Source of the DNA: Prorocentrum cordatum
Taxonomy: Eukaryota
NCBI GenBank assembly: GCA_963575745.1
Contig: CAUYUJ010000081.1
Coordinates: 434,001-498,000, forward strand
Length of the DNA stretch: 64,000 nt
Reading direction: 5' to 3'
Shown here: piece after piece, positions 37,417 through 58,277 of the stretch
Position numbering within the stretch: position 1 is the first letter of the stretch
Layout of the letters: each line of letters starts with the position of its first letter
The notes under the pieces: generated by a model
The model's input: the letters and a program-made list of their open reading frames with translations, nothing else
The model's database searches: none
What the model was told of the DNA's origin: nothing
Program-made: the position numbers and the translations under genes

Positions 37417-38340
37417 ATCCGCCGGCCCCCTCTGGGGGCGCAAGGCTGCGAAGGTGTATGCGGTCTGCTGTCATGTTTTATGTGTTGTCATTTGTTGTTT
37501 GGCCTTTTGTCTCTCCAGTCCTGCTTCCTGCCTTCTGTTTACCGTCTGCTAGGGGGCCCCGCCACGCCAACAAACGGCCAACGGAGAGGGGTGAACCTTG
37601 AATACAGGCTGCTCCGGGCCACCCCAGGATTCTCATGGTGACGCCACCGCGCGGGCAGCACGGCCCGAGAGGCCTCCAAGATTCCCCGAAGCGGCTCCGA
37701 AGAGAGCCGCAGGAGCCCAAGACGGCCCAAGATGACCCCAAAATGTCTCACCATGGTCCCAAGACGGCCCAAGATGCTGCCAAGACGTCCCAAGAGGCCT
37801 CCAAGAGGCCTCCAAGAGGCCTCCCAAGAGGGCCCCACGAAGCAAAAATCAATGATTCTTCTAACGTTGTTGAAGGTTTTTGGCCTCGCTTTTTCGGCTT
37901 TCCGACGCTCCGAGACGTGACCAACAGATCCCCAAGATCGCCCCACAACGGCCCTGGAAGCTCCCATGACAGCCCACGAGGCCCCCCAAAAGGCCCCAAG
38001 ACGGTCGAAGAGGCGCCCCAAACGGCCCAAAAGCGCCCTATGACGGTCCCAGGAGAGACCCAAGAGGGAGTCCATGAACCGAAAACTCGGCCCCAGGAGG
38101 CACCAAGGTCCCAAGAGGCCCCAAGAGGCCCCCAAGAGGCCCCAAGGAGACCCCGAAGGAGACCCCCAAGAGACCCAGCATATGCCCCAAGAGGCTCCGA
38201 AACGGCTTCCAAGAAATTCCAACAATGACCCGCAGACGCTGCCGAGAAGCCTACCACGAGGAGCGCCCACGGCGCTATCCACGCAGCCGCACGCACTAGT
38301 AATAGGGGGGCCAGCGGCAAAGGGCGAAGCCCTTAAGATA
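37417..38340 (+). mobile_element. Helentron/HINE-like non-autonomous element
   Basis: 5' ccgccggccccc (37419-37430) is inverted to subterminal gggggccagcgg (38306-38317, 1 mismatch), followed by hairpin aagggc-gaa-gccctt (38320-38334). Flanks are TA-rich. Confidence 0.6.
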
Positions 38341-38705
38341 TACATATACGTACGCATACCGATAGGACCACCCTGCGGGTGACAAGGAGGTTGGGGGGGA
38401 GTGGGGAGGCGGTCGAGTTGTAATGGCTCGGAGTTCCTTGCTGGCTTCTTTAACTGTCCTATCTATCACTCGACCAGTATATCTAATTACCAATTCCGAA
38501 TACCCATATGTCTATACATGCATGTATATATGTATACATTTGTAGTTTGACATGTCTGTATATAAGTATATATATGTAGATCTGCATGTATCGATCTAAC
38601 CATCCCGTATATATATATATGCATATGTATATATGTATATATGTATACATATATATATATGAATATATATATATATATGTATACATATATATATATATAT
38701 ATATC

Positions 38706-41700
38706 CATCGGGGCAACCATAGGGCAAGCCATCGGGACAAGCATCGGGACAACCATCGGGACAACCGTCGGGACAACCATCGGGACAACTATCGGGACAA
38801 CCGTCGGGACAACCATCGGGACAAACATCGGGACAAACATCGGGACAACCATCGGGACAACCATCGGGGCAACATCATCGGCACAACATCATCGAGACAA
38901 CAATCGGGACAGCCATCGGGACAACCATCGGGACAACCACCGGAACAACCACCGGGACAACCATCGGGACAACCATCGGGACAACACCATCGGGACAACC
39001 ATCGGGACAACACCATCGGCACAACCCTCGGGACAACCATCGGGACAACCACCAGGACAACCAAGGTGAACCATCGGGACAACCATCGGGACAACCATCG
39101 GGACAACCATCAGGACAACCATCGGGACAACCATCGGGACAACCATCCGGACAACCATCGGGACAACCATCGGGACAACCATCAGGACAACCCTCGGGAC
39201 AACCATCGTGAAAACCGTCGGGACAACCATCCGGACATCCATCGAGACAACCATCGGGACAACCATCGGGACAACACCATCGGGACAACATCATCGGGAC
39301 AACCATCGGGACAACCATCGGGACAACCATCGGGACAACCATCGGGACAACCACCAGGACAACCACGGTGAACCATCGAGAAAACCATCGGGACAACCAT
39401 CGGGACAACCATCGGGACAACCATCAGGACAACCATCGGGACAACCATCGGGACAACCATCCGGACAACCATCGGAACAACCATCGGGACAACCATCGGG
39501 ACAGCCATCGGGACAACCATCGGGACGACCATCGGGACAACCATCGGGACAACCTTCGGGACAACCAGCGGGACACCAATCGGGACAACCCTCGGGACAA
39601 CCATCGGGACACCCATCGGGACAACCCTCGGGACAACCATCGGGGAAACCATCGGGACAACCATCGGGACAACCACGGGGACAACCATCGGGACAGCCAT
39701 CGGGACAACACCATCGGGGCAACACCATCGGGGCAACCATCGGAGCAACATCATCGGCACAACATCATCGAGACAACAATCGGGACAGCCATCGGGACAA
39801 CCATCGGGACAACCATCGAGACAACCATCGGGACAACCATCGGGACAACCATCGGGACAACCAGCGGGACACCAATCGGGACAACCCTCGGGACAACCAT
39901 CGGGACAACCGTCGGGACAACCATCGGGACAACCATCGGGACAACCATCGGGACAACCATCCGGACAGCCATCGGGGCAACCATCGGGACAACCATCGGG
40001 ACAACCATCGGGACAACCATCGGGGCACACATCGGGACAGCCATCGGGACAACCATCGGAACAACCATCGGGACAACCATCGGGACAACCATCGGGACAA
40101 CCATCGGGACGACCATCGGGACAACCATCGGGACAACCATCGGGACAACCATCGGGACACCCATCGGGAGAACCGTCGGGACACCCATCGGGGCAACCAT
40201 CGGGACATCCATCAGGACACCCATCGGGACAACCATCGGGACAACCATCGGGACAACCATCGGGACACCCATCAGGACAGCGATCGGGACAATCATCGGG
40301 ACAACCATCGGGACAACCGTCGGGGTAACCATCGGGACAACCACGGGGACAACCGTCGGCACAACCATCGGCACAACACCACTGGGGCAACACCATCAGG
40401 AACACCATCGGGACAACATCATCGAGACAACCATCGAGACAACCATCGGGACAACCATCGGGACAACCATCGGGACAACCATCGGGACAACCATCGGGAC
40501 AAACATCGGGACAAACATCGGGACAACCATCGGGACAACCATCGGGGCAACCATCGGGACAGCCATCCGGGCAACCATCGGGGCAAACATCGGGACAACC
40601 ATCGGGGACCATCGGGACCCATCGGGACAACCAACAACCATCGGGACAACCATCGGGACAACCATCGGGACAACCATCGGGATCAGGACAGCCATCGGGA
40701 CAATCATCGGGACAACCATCGGGACAACCATCGGGATAACCATCGGGACAACCACGGGACAACCATCGGCACAACCATCGGCACAACACCACGGGCAACA
40801 CCATCACACCATCGGGACAACATCATCGAGACAACCATCGAGACAACCATCGGGACAACCATCGGGACAACCATCGGGACAACCATCGGGACAACCATCG
40901 GGACATCGGGACCATCGGGACAACCATCGGGACAACCACAACCATCGGGACAACCATCGGGACATCGGGCCATCGGGGCAACCATCGGGACAACCATCAA
41001 CCATCGGGACAACCATCGGGACAACCATCGGGACACCCATCGGGACAACCATCGGGACAACCATCGGGACAACCATCGGGGCAACCATCGGGACAACCAT
41101 CGGGACCAACCATCGGGACAACCATCGGGCAACCATCGGGTCGGGGCAACCGTCGGGACAACCATCGGGACAACCAACGGGACATCCATCAGGACAACCA
41201 TCGGGACAACCATCGGGACTACCATCGGGACAACCATCGGGACAACCATCGGGACAACCATCGGGACAATCATCGGGACAACCATCGGGACAACCGTCGG
41301 GATAACCATCGGGACAACCACGGGGACAACCATCGGCACAACCATCTGGACAACACCACCGGGGCAACACCATCGGGACAACATCATCGAGACAATCATC
41401 GAGACAACCATCGGGAAAACCATCGGGGCAACCATCGGGGCAACAATCGGGACAAACATCGGGACAACCATCGGGACAACCATCGGGACAGCCATCGGGA
41501 CAATCTTCGGGACATCCATCAGGACAACCATCGGGACAGCAATCGGGACACCCATCGGGACAACCATCGGGACAACCATCGGGACAACCATCGGAACAAC
41601 CATCGGAACAACCATCGGGACAACCATCGGGACAACCATCGGAACAACCATCGGGACAACCATCGGGACAACCATCGGGACATCCATCAGGACAACCATC

Positions 41701-44700
41701 GGGACAACCATCAGGACAACCATCGCGACAACCATCGGGACAACCATCAGGACAGCCATCGGGACAACCATCGGGACAACCATCGGGACAACCATCGGGA
41801 CAGCCATCGGGACAACCATCGGGACGACCATCGGGACAACCATCGGGACAACACCACGGGGGCAACACCATCGGGACAACATCATCGGGACATCATCATC
41901 GGGACAACCATCGGGACAACAATCGGGACAACCATCGGGACAACCATCGGGACAATCATCGGGACAACCATCCGGAAAACCATCGGGACAACCATCGGGA
42001 CAGCCATCGGGGCAACCATAGGGACAACCATCGGGACAACGATCGGGACAACCATCGGGACAACATCGGGACGACCATCCGGACATCCATCGGGACAACC
42101 ATCGGGACAACCATCGGGACAACCATCGGGACACCCATCGGGACAACCATCGGGACACCCATCGGGGCAACCATCGGGACATCCATCGGGACAACCATCG
42201 GGACAACCATCGGGACAACCATCGGGACAACCATCGGGACAACCATCGGGACATCCATCAGGACAGCCATCGGGATAACCGTCGGGACAACCATCGGGAC
42301 AACCGTCGGGATAACCGTCGGGACAACCACGGGGACACCCATCGGCACAACCATCGGCACAACACCACCGGGGCAACATCATCGGGACAACATCATCGGG
42401 ACAACATCATCGAGACAACCATCGGGACAACCATCGGGACAACCATCGGGGCAACCATCGGGACTACCATCGGGACAACCATCGGGACAACCATCGGGAC
42501 AGCCCTCGGGGCAACCATCGGGGCAACCATCGGGACAACCATCGGGACAGCCATCGGGACACCCATCAGGACAACCATCGGGACAACCATCAGGACAACC
42601 ATCGGGACAACCATCGGGACAACCATCGGGACAACATCATCGGAACAACCATCGGGGCAACCATCGGCACAACCATCGGGACAATCTTCAGGACATCCAT
42701 CAGGACAACCATCGGGACAACCATCGGGACAACCATCGGGACAACCATCGGGACACACATCAGGACAACCATCGGGACAACCATCGGGACAACCATCGGG
42801 ACAACCATCGGGACACCCATCAGGACAGCCATCCGGACAATCATCGGCACAACCATCGGCACAACACCACCGGGGCAACACCATCGAGACAACATCATCG
42901 GGACAACATCATCGGGACAACCATCGGGACAACCATCGGGACAACCATCGGAACAACCATCGGAACAACCATCGGGACAACCATCGGGACACCCATCAGG
43001 ACAGCCATCGGGACAACCATCGGGACAACCATCGGGACAACCGTCGGGACAACCGTCGGGACAACCACGGGGACAACCATCGGCACAACCATCTGGACAA
43101 CACCACGGTGGGCAACACCATCGGGACAACATTATCGGGACAACATCATCGGGACAACCATCGGGACAACAATCGGGACAACCATCGGGACAACCATCGG
43201 GACAACCATCGGGACAACCATCCGGAAAACCATCGGGACAACCATCGGGACAGCCATCGGGGCAACCATCGGGGCAACCATCGGGACAACCATCGGGACA
43301 ACCATCGGGACACCCATCGGGACACCATCCGGACATCCATCGGGACAACCATCGGGACAACCATCGGGACAACCATCGGGACAACCATCGGGACAACCAT
43401 CGGGACACCCATCGGGGCAACCATCGGGACATCCATCGGGACAACCATCGGGACAACCATCGGGACAACCATCGGGACAACCATCGGGACAACCATCGGG
43501 ACACCCATCAGGACAGCCATCGGGATAACCGTCGGGACAACCATCGGGACAACCGTCGGGATAACCGTCGGGACAACCACGGGGACAACCATCGGCACAA
43601 CCATCGGCACAACACCACCGGGGCAACATCATCGGGACAACATCATCGGGACAACATCATCGAGACAACCATCGGGACAACCATCGGGACAACCATCGGG
43701 TCAATCATCGGGACTACCATCGGGACATCCATCAGGACAGCCATCGGGACAGCCCCTGGGGCAACCATCGGGGCAACCATCGGGGCAACCATCGGGACAA
43801 CCATCGGGACACCCATCAGGACAACCATCGGGACAACCATCAGGAACACAATCGGGACAACATCATCGGGACAACATCATCGGGACAACCATCGAGACAA
43901 CCATCGGGACAACCATCGGGACAACCATCGGGACAATCTTCGGGACATCCATCAGGACAACCATCGGGACAACCATCGGGACAACCATCGGGACAACCAT
44001 CGGGACACACATCAGGACAACCATCGGGACAACCATCGGGACAACCATCGGGACAACCATCGGGACACCCCTCAGGACAGCCATCCGGACAATCATCGGC
44101 ACAACCATCGGCACAAAACCACCGGGGCAACACCATCGAGACAACATCATCGGGACAACATCATCGGGACAACCATCGGGACAACCATCGGGACAACCAT
44201 CGGGACAACCATCGGAACAACCATCGGGACAACCATCGGGACACCCATCAGTACAGCCATCGGGACAACCATCGGGACAACCATCGGGACAACCGTCGGG
44301 ACAACCGTCGGGACAACCACGGGGACAACCATCGGCACAACCATCTGGAAAACACCACGGGGGCAACACAATCGGGACAACATCATCGGGACAACATCAT
44401 CGGGACAACCATCGGGACAACAATCGGGACAACCATCGGGACAGCCATCGGGACACCCATCAGGACAACCATCGGGACAACCATCGGGACACCCATCGAG
44501 ACAATCTTCGGGACATCCATCGGGACATCCATCGGGACAACCATCGGGACAACCATCGGGACAACCATCGGGACACCCATCGGGACAACCATGGGGACAC
44601 CCATCGGGGCAACCATCGGGACATCCATCGGGACATCCATCAGGACAACCATCGGGACAACCATCGGGACAACCATCGGGACGACCATCGGGACAACCAT

Positions 44701-47700
44701 CGGGACACCCATCAGGACAGCCATCGGGATAACCGTCGGGACAACCATCGGGACAACCGTCGGGATAACCGTCGGGACAACCACGGGGACAACCATGGGC
44801 ACAACCATCGGCACAACACCACCGGGGCAACGTCATCGGGACACCATCATCGGGACAACATCATCGAGACAACCATCGGGACAACCATCGGGACAACCAT
44901 CGGGGCAACCATCGGGACTACCATCGGGACAACCATCGGGACAACCATCGGGACAGCCATCGGGGCAACCATCGGGACAACCATCAGGACAACCATCGGG
45001 ACAGCCATCGGGACACCCATCAGGACAACCATCGGGACAACCATCAGGACAACCATCGGGACAACCATCGGGACAACCATCGGGACAACCATCGGGACAA
45101 CCATCGGGACAACCATCGGGACAACCATCGGGACAACCATCGGGACAACCATCGGGACAACCATCGGGACAACCATCGGGACAACATCGGGACAACCATC
45201 GGGACCATCGGGACCATCGGGACCCACACCCATCAGGACAGCATCCGGACAATCATCGGCACAACCATCGGCACAACACCACCGGGGCAACACCATCGAG
45301 ACAACATCATCGGGACAACATCATCGGGACAACCATCGGGACAACCATCGGGGCAACCATCGGGACACCCATCGGGACAACCATGGAGACACCCATCGGG
45401 GCAACCATCGGGACATCCATCGGGACATCCAGCAGGACAACCATCGGGAAAACCATCGGGACAACCATCGGGACGACCATCGGGACAACCATCGGGACAC
45501 CCATCAGGACAGCCATCGGGATAACCGTCGGGACAACCATCGGGACAACCGTCGGGATAACCGTCGGGACAACCGTCGGGACAACCACCGGCACAACCAT
45601 CGGCACAACACCACCGGGGCAACATCATCGGGACAACATCATCGGGACAACATCATCGAGACAACCATCGGGACAACCATCGGGACAACCATCGGGGCAA
45701 CCATCGGGACTACCATCGGGACAACCATCGGGACAACCATCGGGACAGCCCTCGGGGCAACCATCGGGCAACCATCGGGACAACCATCGGGACACCATCG
45801 GGACACCATCAGGACAACCATCGGGACAACCATCGGGACAACCATCAGGACAACCATCGGGACAACCATCGGGGCAACCATCGGGACAACCATCGGGACA
45901 ATCTTCGGGACATCCATCAGGACAACCATCGGGTCAACCATCGGGGTCCACCATCGGGACAACCATCGGGACACACATCAGGACAACCATCGGGACAACC
46001 ATCGGGACAACCATCGGGACAACCATCGGGACACCCATCAGGACAGCCATCCGGACAATCATCGGCACAACCATCGGCACAACACCACCGGGGCAACACC
46101 ATCGAGACAACATCATCGGGACAACATCATCGGGACAACCAACGGGACAACCATCGGGGCAACCATCGGGACAGCCCTCGGGACACCCATCAGGACAACC
46201 ATCGGGACAACCATCGGAAACAACCATCGGGACCACCATCGGTACACCCATCGGGACCGACACATCAGGACAACCATCGTGACAACCATCGGGACAACCA
46301 TCGGGAACAACCATCGGGACAAACCCCATCAGGACATGCCATCCGGACAATCATCGGCACAACCATCGGCACAACACCACCGTGGCAACACCATCGAGAC
46401 AACATCATCGGGACAACATCATCGGGACAACCATCGGGACAACCATCGGGGCAACCATCGGGACAGCCCTCGGGACACCCATCAGGACAACCATCGGGAC
46501 ACCCATCGGGACAACCATCGGGTCCACCATCGGGACAACCATCAGGACACACATCAGGACAACCATCGGGACAACCATCGGGACAACCATCGGGACAACC
46601 ATCGGGACACCCATCAGGACAGCCATCCGGACAATCATCGGCACAACCATCGGCACAACACCACCGGGTCAACACCATCGAGACAACATCATCGGGACAA
46701 CATCATCGGGACAACCATCGGGACAACCATCGGGGCAACCATCGGGACAGCCCTCGGGACACCTCAGGACAACCATCGGGACACCCATCGGGACAACCAT
46801 CGGTTCCACCATCCGGGAAACAATCGGGACACACATCAGGACAACCATCGGGACAACCATTCGGGACAACCATCGGGACAACAATCGGGACAACAATCAG
46901 GACAGACATTTCGGGACAATCATCGGCAAAAACCATCGCCACAAACACCACCGGGGCAACACCATTCGAGACAACATCATCGGGACAACATCATCGGACA
47001 ACCATCGGGGACACCATCGGGGCAACCACGGACAGCATCGGGACCCACCATCAAGACAACCCATCGGCACCCATCGGACAACCATCGGGTCCACCATCGG
47101 GACAACCATCGGGACACACATCAGGACAACCATCGGGACAACCATCGGGACAACCATCGGGACAACCATCGGGACACCCTTCAGGACAGCCATCCGGACA
47201 ATCATCGGCACAACCATCGGCACAACACCACCGGGGCAACACCATCGAGACAACATCATCGGGACAACATCATCGGGACAACCATCGGGACAACCATCGG
47301 GGCAACCATCGGGACAGCCACAGCCGCGGGACACCCACAGTCGCGCCGCCGGGACACCATCGGGACAACCATCGGGTCCACATCGGGACAACCATCGGGA
47401 CACACATCAGGACAACCATCGCGGGACACAACCATCGGGACAAACCATCGACAACCATCGGGACACCCATCAGGCAGCCATCGGGACATCAATCGGCACA
47501 ACCATCGGCACAACCCAACGGGGCAACACCATCGAGAAAACATCAACGGCGACAACATCATGGGACAACCATCGGGACAACCACGGCGGCAAACCATCGG
47601 GACACCCCTCGGGACACCCATCAGGACAACCATCGGGACACCCATCGGGACAACCATCGGGTCCACCATCGGGACAACCATCGGGACACACATCAGGACA

Positions 47701-48486
47701 ACCATCGGGACAACCATCGGGACAACCATCGGGACAACCATCGGGACACCCATCAGGACAGCCATCCGGACAATCATCGGCACAACCATCGGCACAACAC
47801 CACCGGGGCAACACCATCGAGACAACATCATCGGGACAACATCATCGGGACAACCATCGGGACAACCATCGGGGCAACCATCGGGACAACCATCGGGACA
47901 ACCATCAGGACAACCATCGGGACACCCATCGGGACAACCATCGGGTCCACCATCGGGACAACCATCGGGACACACATCAGGACAACCATCGGGACAACCA
48001 TCGGGACAACCATCGGGACAACCATCGGGACACCCATCGGGACACCCATCCGGACAATCATCGGCACAACCATCGGCACAACACCACCGGGGCAACACCA
48101 TCGAGACAACATCATCGGGACAACATCATCGGGACAACCATCGGGACAACCATCGGGGCAACCATCGGGACAGCCCTCGGGACACCCGCCATCAGACAAC
48201 CATCGGGACACCCATCGGGACAACCATCGGGGCAACCATCAGAACAACAATCGGGACAACCATCCCGAACAACCATCGGGACAACCATCGGGACAACCAT
48301 CGGGACAACCATCGGGACACCCATCGGGACAACCATCGGGACAACCATCGGGTCAACTATCGGGACAACCATTGAGGAACCATTGGGACAACCATCGGGA
48401 CAACCATCGGGACAACCATCGGGACAACCATCCGGACAATCATCGGGGCAACCATCGGGACAACCATCGGGAGAACTACCCGGACA
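38706..48486. repeat. 12-bp satellite (CCATCGGGACAA)n, ~9.8 kb, with higher-order structure
   Basis: Read directly; runs into the assembly gap. Confidence 0.98.
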
Positions 48487-48586
48487 NNNNNNNNNNNNNN
48501 NNNNNNNNNNNNNNNNNNNNNNNNNNNNNNNNNNNNNNNNNNNNNNNNNNNNNNNNNNNNNNNNNNNNNNNNNNNNNNNNNNNNNN
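48487..48586. other. Assembly gap (100 N)
   Basis: N run. Confidence 1.
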
Positions 48587-48619
48587 CTCCTCCTCCTCCT
48601 CCTCCTCCTCCTCCTCCTC

Positions 48620-50075
48620 ATCTCGTCTCTCAACGCACCCAGTACATTGGTGCCTTCTGGAACGCGTGCCGGGAGCCTTCTTGAAAGCATAGTAGCAGTC
48701 TCTGGAGCCTCTCCGGGCCTTCCTTTGGAGTCCTTTGGGGCCTTTGTTGGCCCGTCTGAGGGCCCATTTCGGCCGTTCCGGGTCCCTTTTGGCTCGTCGT
48801 GGGGAGCTCACTCAGCCCGTCTTGGGGCACTCCTGGGGCCCTCTCCGACCATGTAGGAATCCTCTGGTGGCCCCCTCGGGCTTCCTGGGGGCTCTCTTGG
48901 GCCGTCTTGTAGCTCTTCTGTGCCGCTTGAAGCTCTCTTCAGCCCATCTTGGAACCCTCTTTGGGGCCTCCGGGGCCGTCTGGGGCAATTTTGTTAACCT
49001 CTTGGGCCGTCGCGACCGCTGGTAGAACTGAAAAGCGCAGCTCCTAGAAATATACGTTTGTCCATCGGAAATGCTTGATTTTTGCCTTTGGAGGGCCTTC
49101 TCAGCGGCCTCTTGGACAGTCGTGGGGGGATCATTTTGGGCATTTTGTGGCCCGTCTGGGAGCCCATTTCGGCTGTCCCAAGCCCCTCTTGGCATGTCAT
49201 GGGCAGCTGAACCGTATTGGGGCCCTCGTCGAGCCCTCTCCGGTAAGGATCCTGAGGTGGCTCCCTCGGGCCCCCTTGGGACTCTCTCGGGCTGTTTGGG
49301 AGCTCTCTTCTCTTATGCTGCTCGACTCTCTCTTGAGGCTGTTTTGGAGACCTCTTGGGGGCCTCGTGGACCATGTGGCGCCGATTTGGGGAGCCTTTCG
49401 GGCCGACGTGGCCGCCTATGGAACATAAAAAACGAATGTCATAAAAACACACGTTGTCCTAAGAAAATGATAATTCTTTGCACCCCGGAGCCTTCTGAGC
49501 GGCCTCCTGGACCGTCTTCAGGGAGTCCTTGTAGGCCTTTCTTGAACCCTCTAGGAACCGAGTTCGACCGTTCGGGGTCCCTCTTCGCCCGTCAGGGGGA
49601 CCTGAGCCCGTCTTGGGGCCCTCGGGGGGCCCTCTCCAACCATGTAAGGATCCTCCAGTGGCCCCCTCGGGGGCTCTCTTGGGCCATGTTGGAGCTCTCC
49701 TGTGCTGCTTGAAGCTCTTTTCAGGACGTCTGGGGGCCCTCTTGGGGGGGCCGTCTGGGGCTCATTTTGTGAGCCTCTGGGGCTCATTTTGTGAGCCTCT
49801 GGGGCCGTCGCGGCCGCTGGTAGGACTGAGAAGCAAATAAATGCTTGTTGTTTGCCTTTTGAGGGCCTTCTCGGCTGCCTCTTGGCCCGTCTTGAGTGCT
49901 GTTGTGGCCGTCTAGGAACAATTGTGGGCTGTCTTCGAGCGCTCGTGGCCCGTCTGGAAGACATCTCAGTGCGCTCTTCAGCCACCTTCCAGACAACCTG
50001 GAGCGCTTCTTCTGAACCCTCTTGGAACCCTGCGAACCAAGAGGTCGCAGTTCTGGGCACTCCCCCGACCTGCTC
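48620..50075 (-). repeat. CCAAG/GGCCC-rich dispersed repeat in reverse orientation
   Basis: cttgggg/ggccct/gccgtcttg units, the reverse complement of the style seen at 1280-1800 and 37650-38230. Confidence 0.6.
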
Positions 50076-50780
50076 TTATACATATATATATATATGTATA
50101 TATGTAATATATACATACATATATATACACATATATATATAATATGTACAAAAAATAATGAATATATATATATATTCAATAATTATATGTATTTATATGC
50201 ATGTACATATACATACATACATACCTACCTACCTACCTACCTACACACATACATACATATACATACATACATACATACATACATACATACATACATGCAT
50301 GCGTGCATATATGTACACATACATACATACATACATACATACATACATACATACATACATACATACATACATGCATACACACATACACACATACATACAT
50401 ACATACATACATACATACATACGTACATACATACACACATACATACATACATACATATACATGCATACATGCATACATACAGACAGACAGGCAGGCAGTC
50501 AGGCAGACAGACAGACATACAAACATACATGCATACATACATACATGCATACATACATACACATAATTTTGCATATGTATCTGCAGATACATATACATAC
50601 ATATATAGATATTTACCTTCACATATACATGCACAAATACACATGCATGTACATGTACATACCATACAAGATGAATATACATAGGCATATACCTATCTGT
50701 ATATAAACTCGTACAGATGCGAACATATACACCACCACACACACACACACACAAACACGCACACACGCACACGCACACCC
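50076..50780. repeat. (TA)n/(TACA)n/(CA)n microsatellites
   Basis: Read directly. Confidence 0.95.
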
Positions 50781-50817
50781 ACCCGCGAGCGCCGCAGCCG
50801 CGACCAGGCCGCGTGAC

Positions 50818-50902
50818 CTCCTTGGAACGGCCTGGCCACCAGCCGAGCCAGTCGACGAGCCAGGCGACGTAGACCATGAGGGTCAAAGAGATCAGGGCCA
50901 CC
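50818..50902 (-). CDS. Candidate 85-bp host exon encoding a hydrophobic, transmembrane-like segment (VALISLTLMVYVAWLVDWLGWWPGRSKE)
   Basis: ctccccag|G acceptor and GAG|gt donor, GC3-rich codons, and the only unique island between two microsatellite fields. Confidence 0.5.
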
Positions 50903-50981
50903 CTGGGGAGTGAGCGCTGCGTCATCATCATCATTCTCCACAGATCATCGTCATAGCTCAATGTCACGATCCTCATCCTGC

Positions 50982-56640
<5,659 letters not shown>

Positions 56641-56799
56641 CATCACCACCACCGCTCTTCCTCCCCCTCCTTGGCTTTCTCTGTAACTTCCTCCTCCACC
56701 TCATCCACCTTCTCCACCTCGTCATCCTCCTTCTCGTCCTCCTCCTCCTCCTCCTTCTCCTGCTCCTCCTCTTCTTCCTCCTCCTGTCCCCGCTGGTCC

Positions 56800-58270
56800 T
56801 AACCAACCCCTCCCTCTCGCACCACATGACGCACCATTCGGGCTCCCTGGGCATTTCGCCTGATACTTTTTTCCCGCTGGCGACCGTGAAGCTTGGCATG
56901 CCCAACAATCACACGGACCGAAGGCGGGCCGCTTTCAAAAAGGTGTTTTCGCCTTGGTGCCGCGCACACTCGTCTCAAATCCCACCAGCTATGCGGACGT
57001 AAGTGGCTTAGAGACCTGATCCTTCCAACACCACTTATCTCTATTGGGGAAACAACCCGGCCAATCGTGGCGAGCCAACGTGCTGTGATAACAGCCCGAC
57101 GCCAGCGCAAGCCGAGGGGACAGGGAGTCCGCGCCAGATGCCAGAGCAACTCGGGTAGGTACAGACCCACCAGAAGCCGGCTTGCTTCGGGAGCTCACCC
57201 CCAGTTGTCGATCTCCTGGGAGCCGCAGATGACGCCCAGGACGTCGCTGTTGAGCAGACTTGCCTGACTCTCGGGCACCGCACAAGATGGGAGAGGCAAG
57301 CCCCAGATCGGCCGAAGGGACCGAAGGGATTCGAAGAGCCCCCAGCGCGCCAGCTGAAACCAAAACGGCCGCGGACGCAGGGCAGTGCTGGCTATGAGCC
57401 CAGACCCATGGGTGCACCATTTGCCACTTGCAGTTCAAAGAATGTCCACCTTCATGTGCCCTCCGACAGCGGAACTGAGCCCATCCTGGAGCGGCATGCC
57501 GATCTGAGGCAGCGAATGTGGAACCAGGGTGTGCTCAGGCAGTGGAAGACCTTCGTCTGTGATATGGCATTCCTCCCACCCCTTTTGCCCATGTTGTGGC
57601 GCCTGTTCCAGATATACTGCCGACTTGAAGATTGGGACGACTCGGAGAGCCAGCGGGGCGATACATCGTGTACAAACGGATCTAGGGTTGCTTCATCTCT
57701 TCCTGAAGCGACACGTCGCGGTTTTGTGCAATCGTCTGATGGTTTGATTTCTTTGCAAGCTAATTCCGGCCCTACTCCCAGAATACAGACTACCAGTAGA
57801 GCCTAGCGTTGGGCCATTTACCAGGACTTGGCAAATGTCCCTGCAACCCGCTTCTTCGTAAGTGATATTGGCGCACCTGTTCGCGAGGATAGTTCATGGG
57901 ACCCGCGCCTGGCCCGAGAAAGCCCAACACGCGTTAGCTTGGAGCCGCATCTTTGGAAGCAGACTGTATCGGGTGAACCGCCTCCTGCCTTTGAGCGGAC
58001 GCCTGCTCATGTGGGAGGTCGATAGGTGGGGGTCCAGAGCTGGAGGTGGAGGGTTGGATGGTAGTGGGTCAGGTGAAGCTGGGAGTCGAAAGGTGGAGAT
58101 CGTGAGCTGGAGGTGGAAGACTGGATGCTTCAGATGGTGGCGGTGCTGGGGACCCGTCGAGGGTACTGTCGGTGCGTCGCCAGAACACCGTGATACTGCA
58201 TCGTCGTATGCTGCAAGATATGGTGGCATACTGTCCCAAAACCTCTGTCGATGCAAAGACCAAAAAATGG
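56800..58270 (-). pseudogene. Decayed unique sequence, possibly a LINE 5' region or start of an endonuclease
   Basis: Fragmented frames; DVLGVICGSQEIDNW at about 57200-57245 weakly resembles the APE xQE motif. Confidence 0.2.
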
Positions 58271-58277
58271 TTCCCTA

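Noticed and set aside
38706..48486. Very long ORFs (up to 1755 aa; QPSG/TTIG/NHRD/CPDG/VVPM repeats)
   Set aside because: The 12-bp unit has no stop codon in any frame, and frames switch freely at indels. This is a satellite, not a gene.
38706..48486. CRISPR-like array
   Set aside because: Repeats are contiguous with no unique spacers, there are no cas genes, and the context is eukaryotic.
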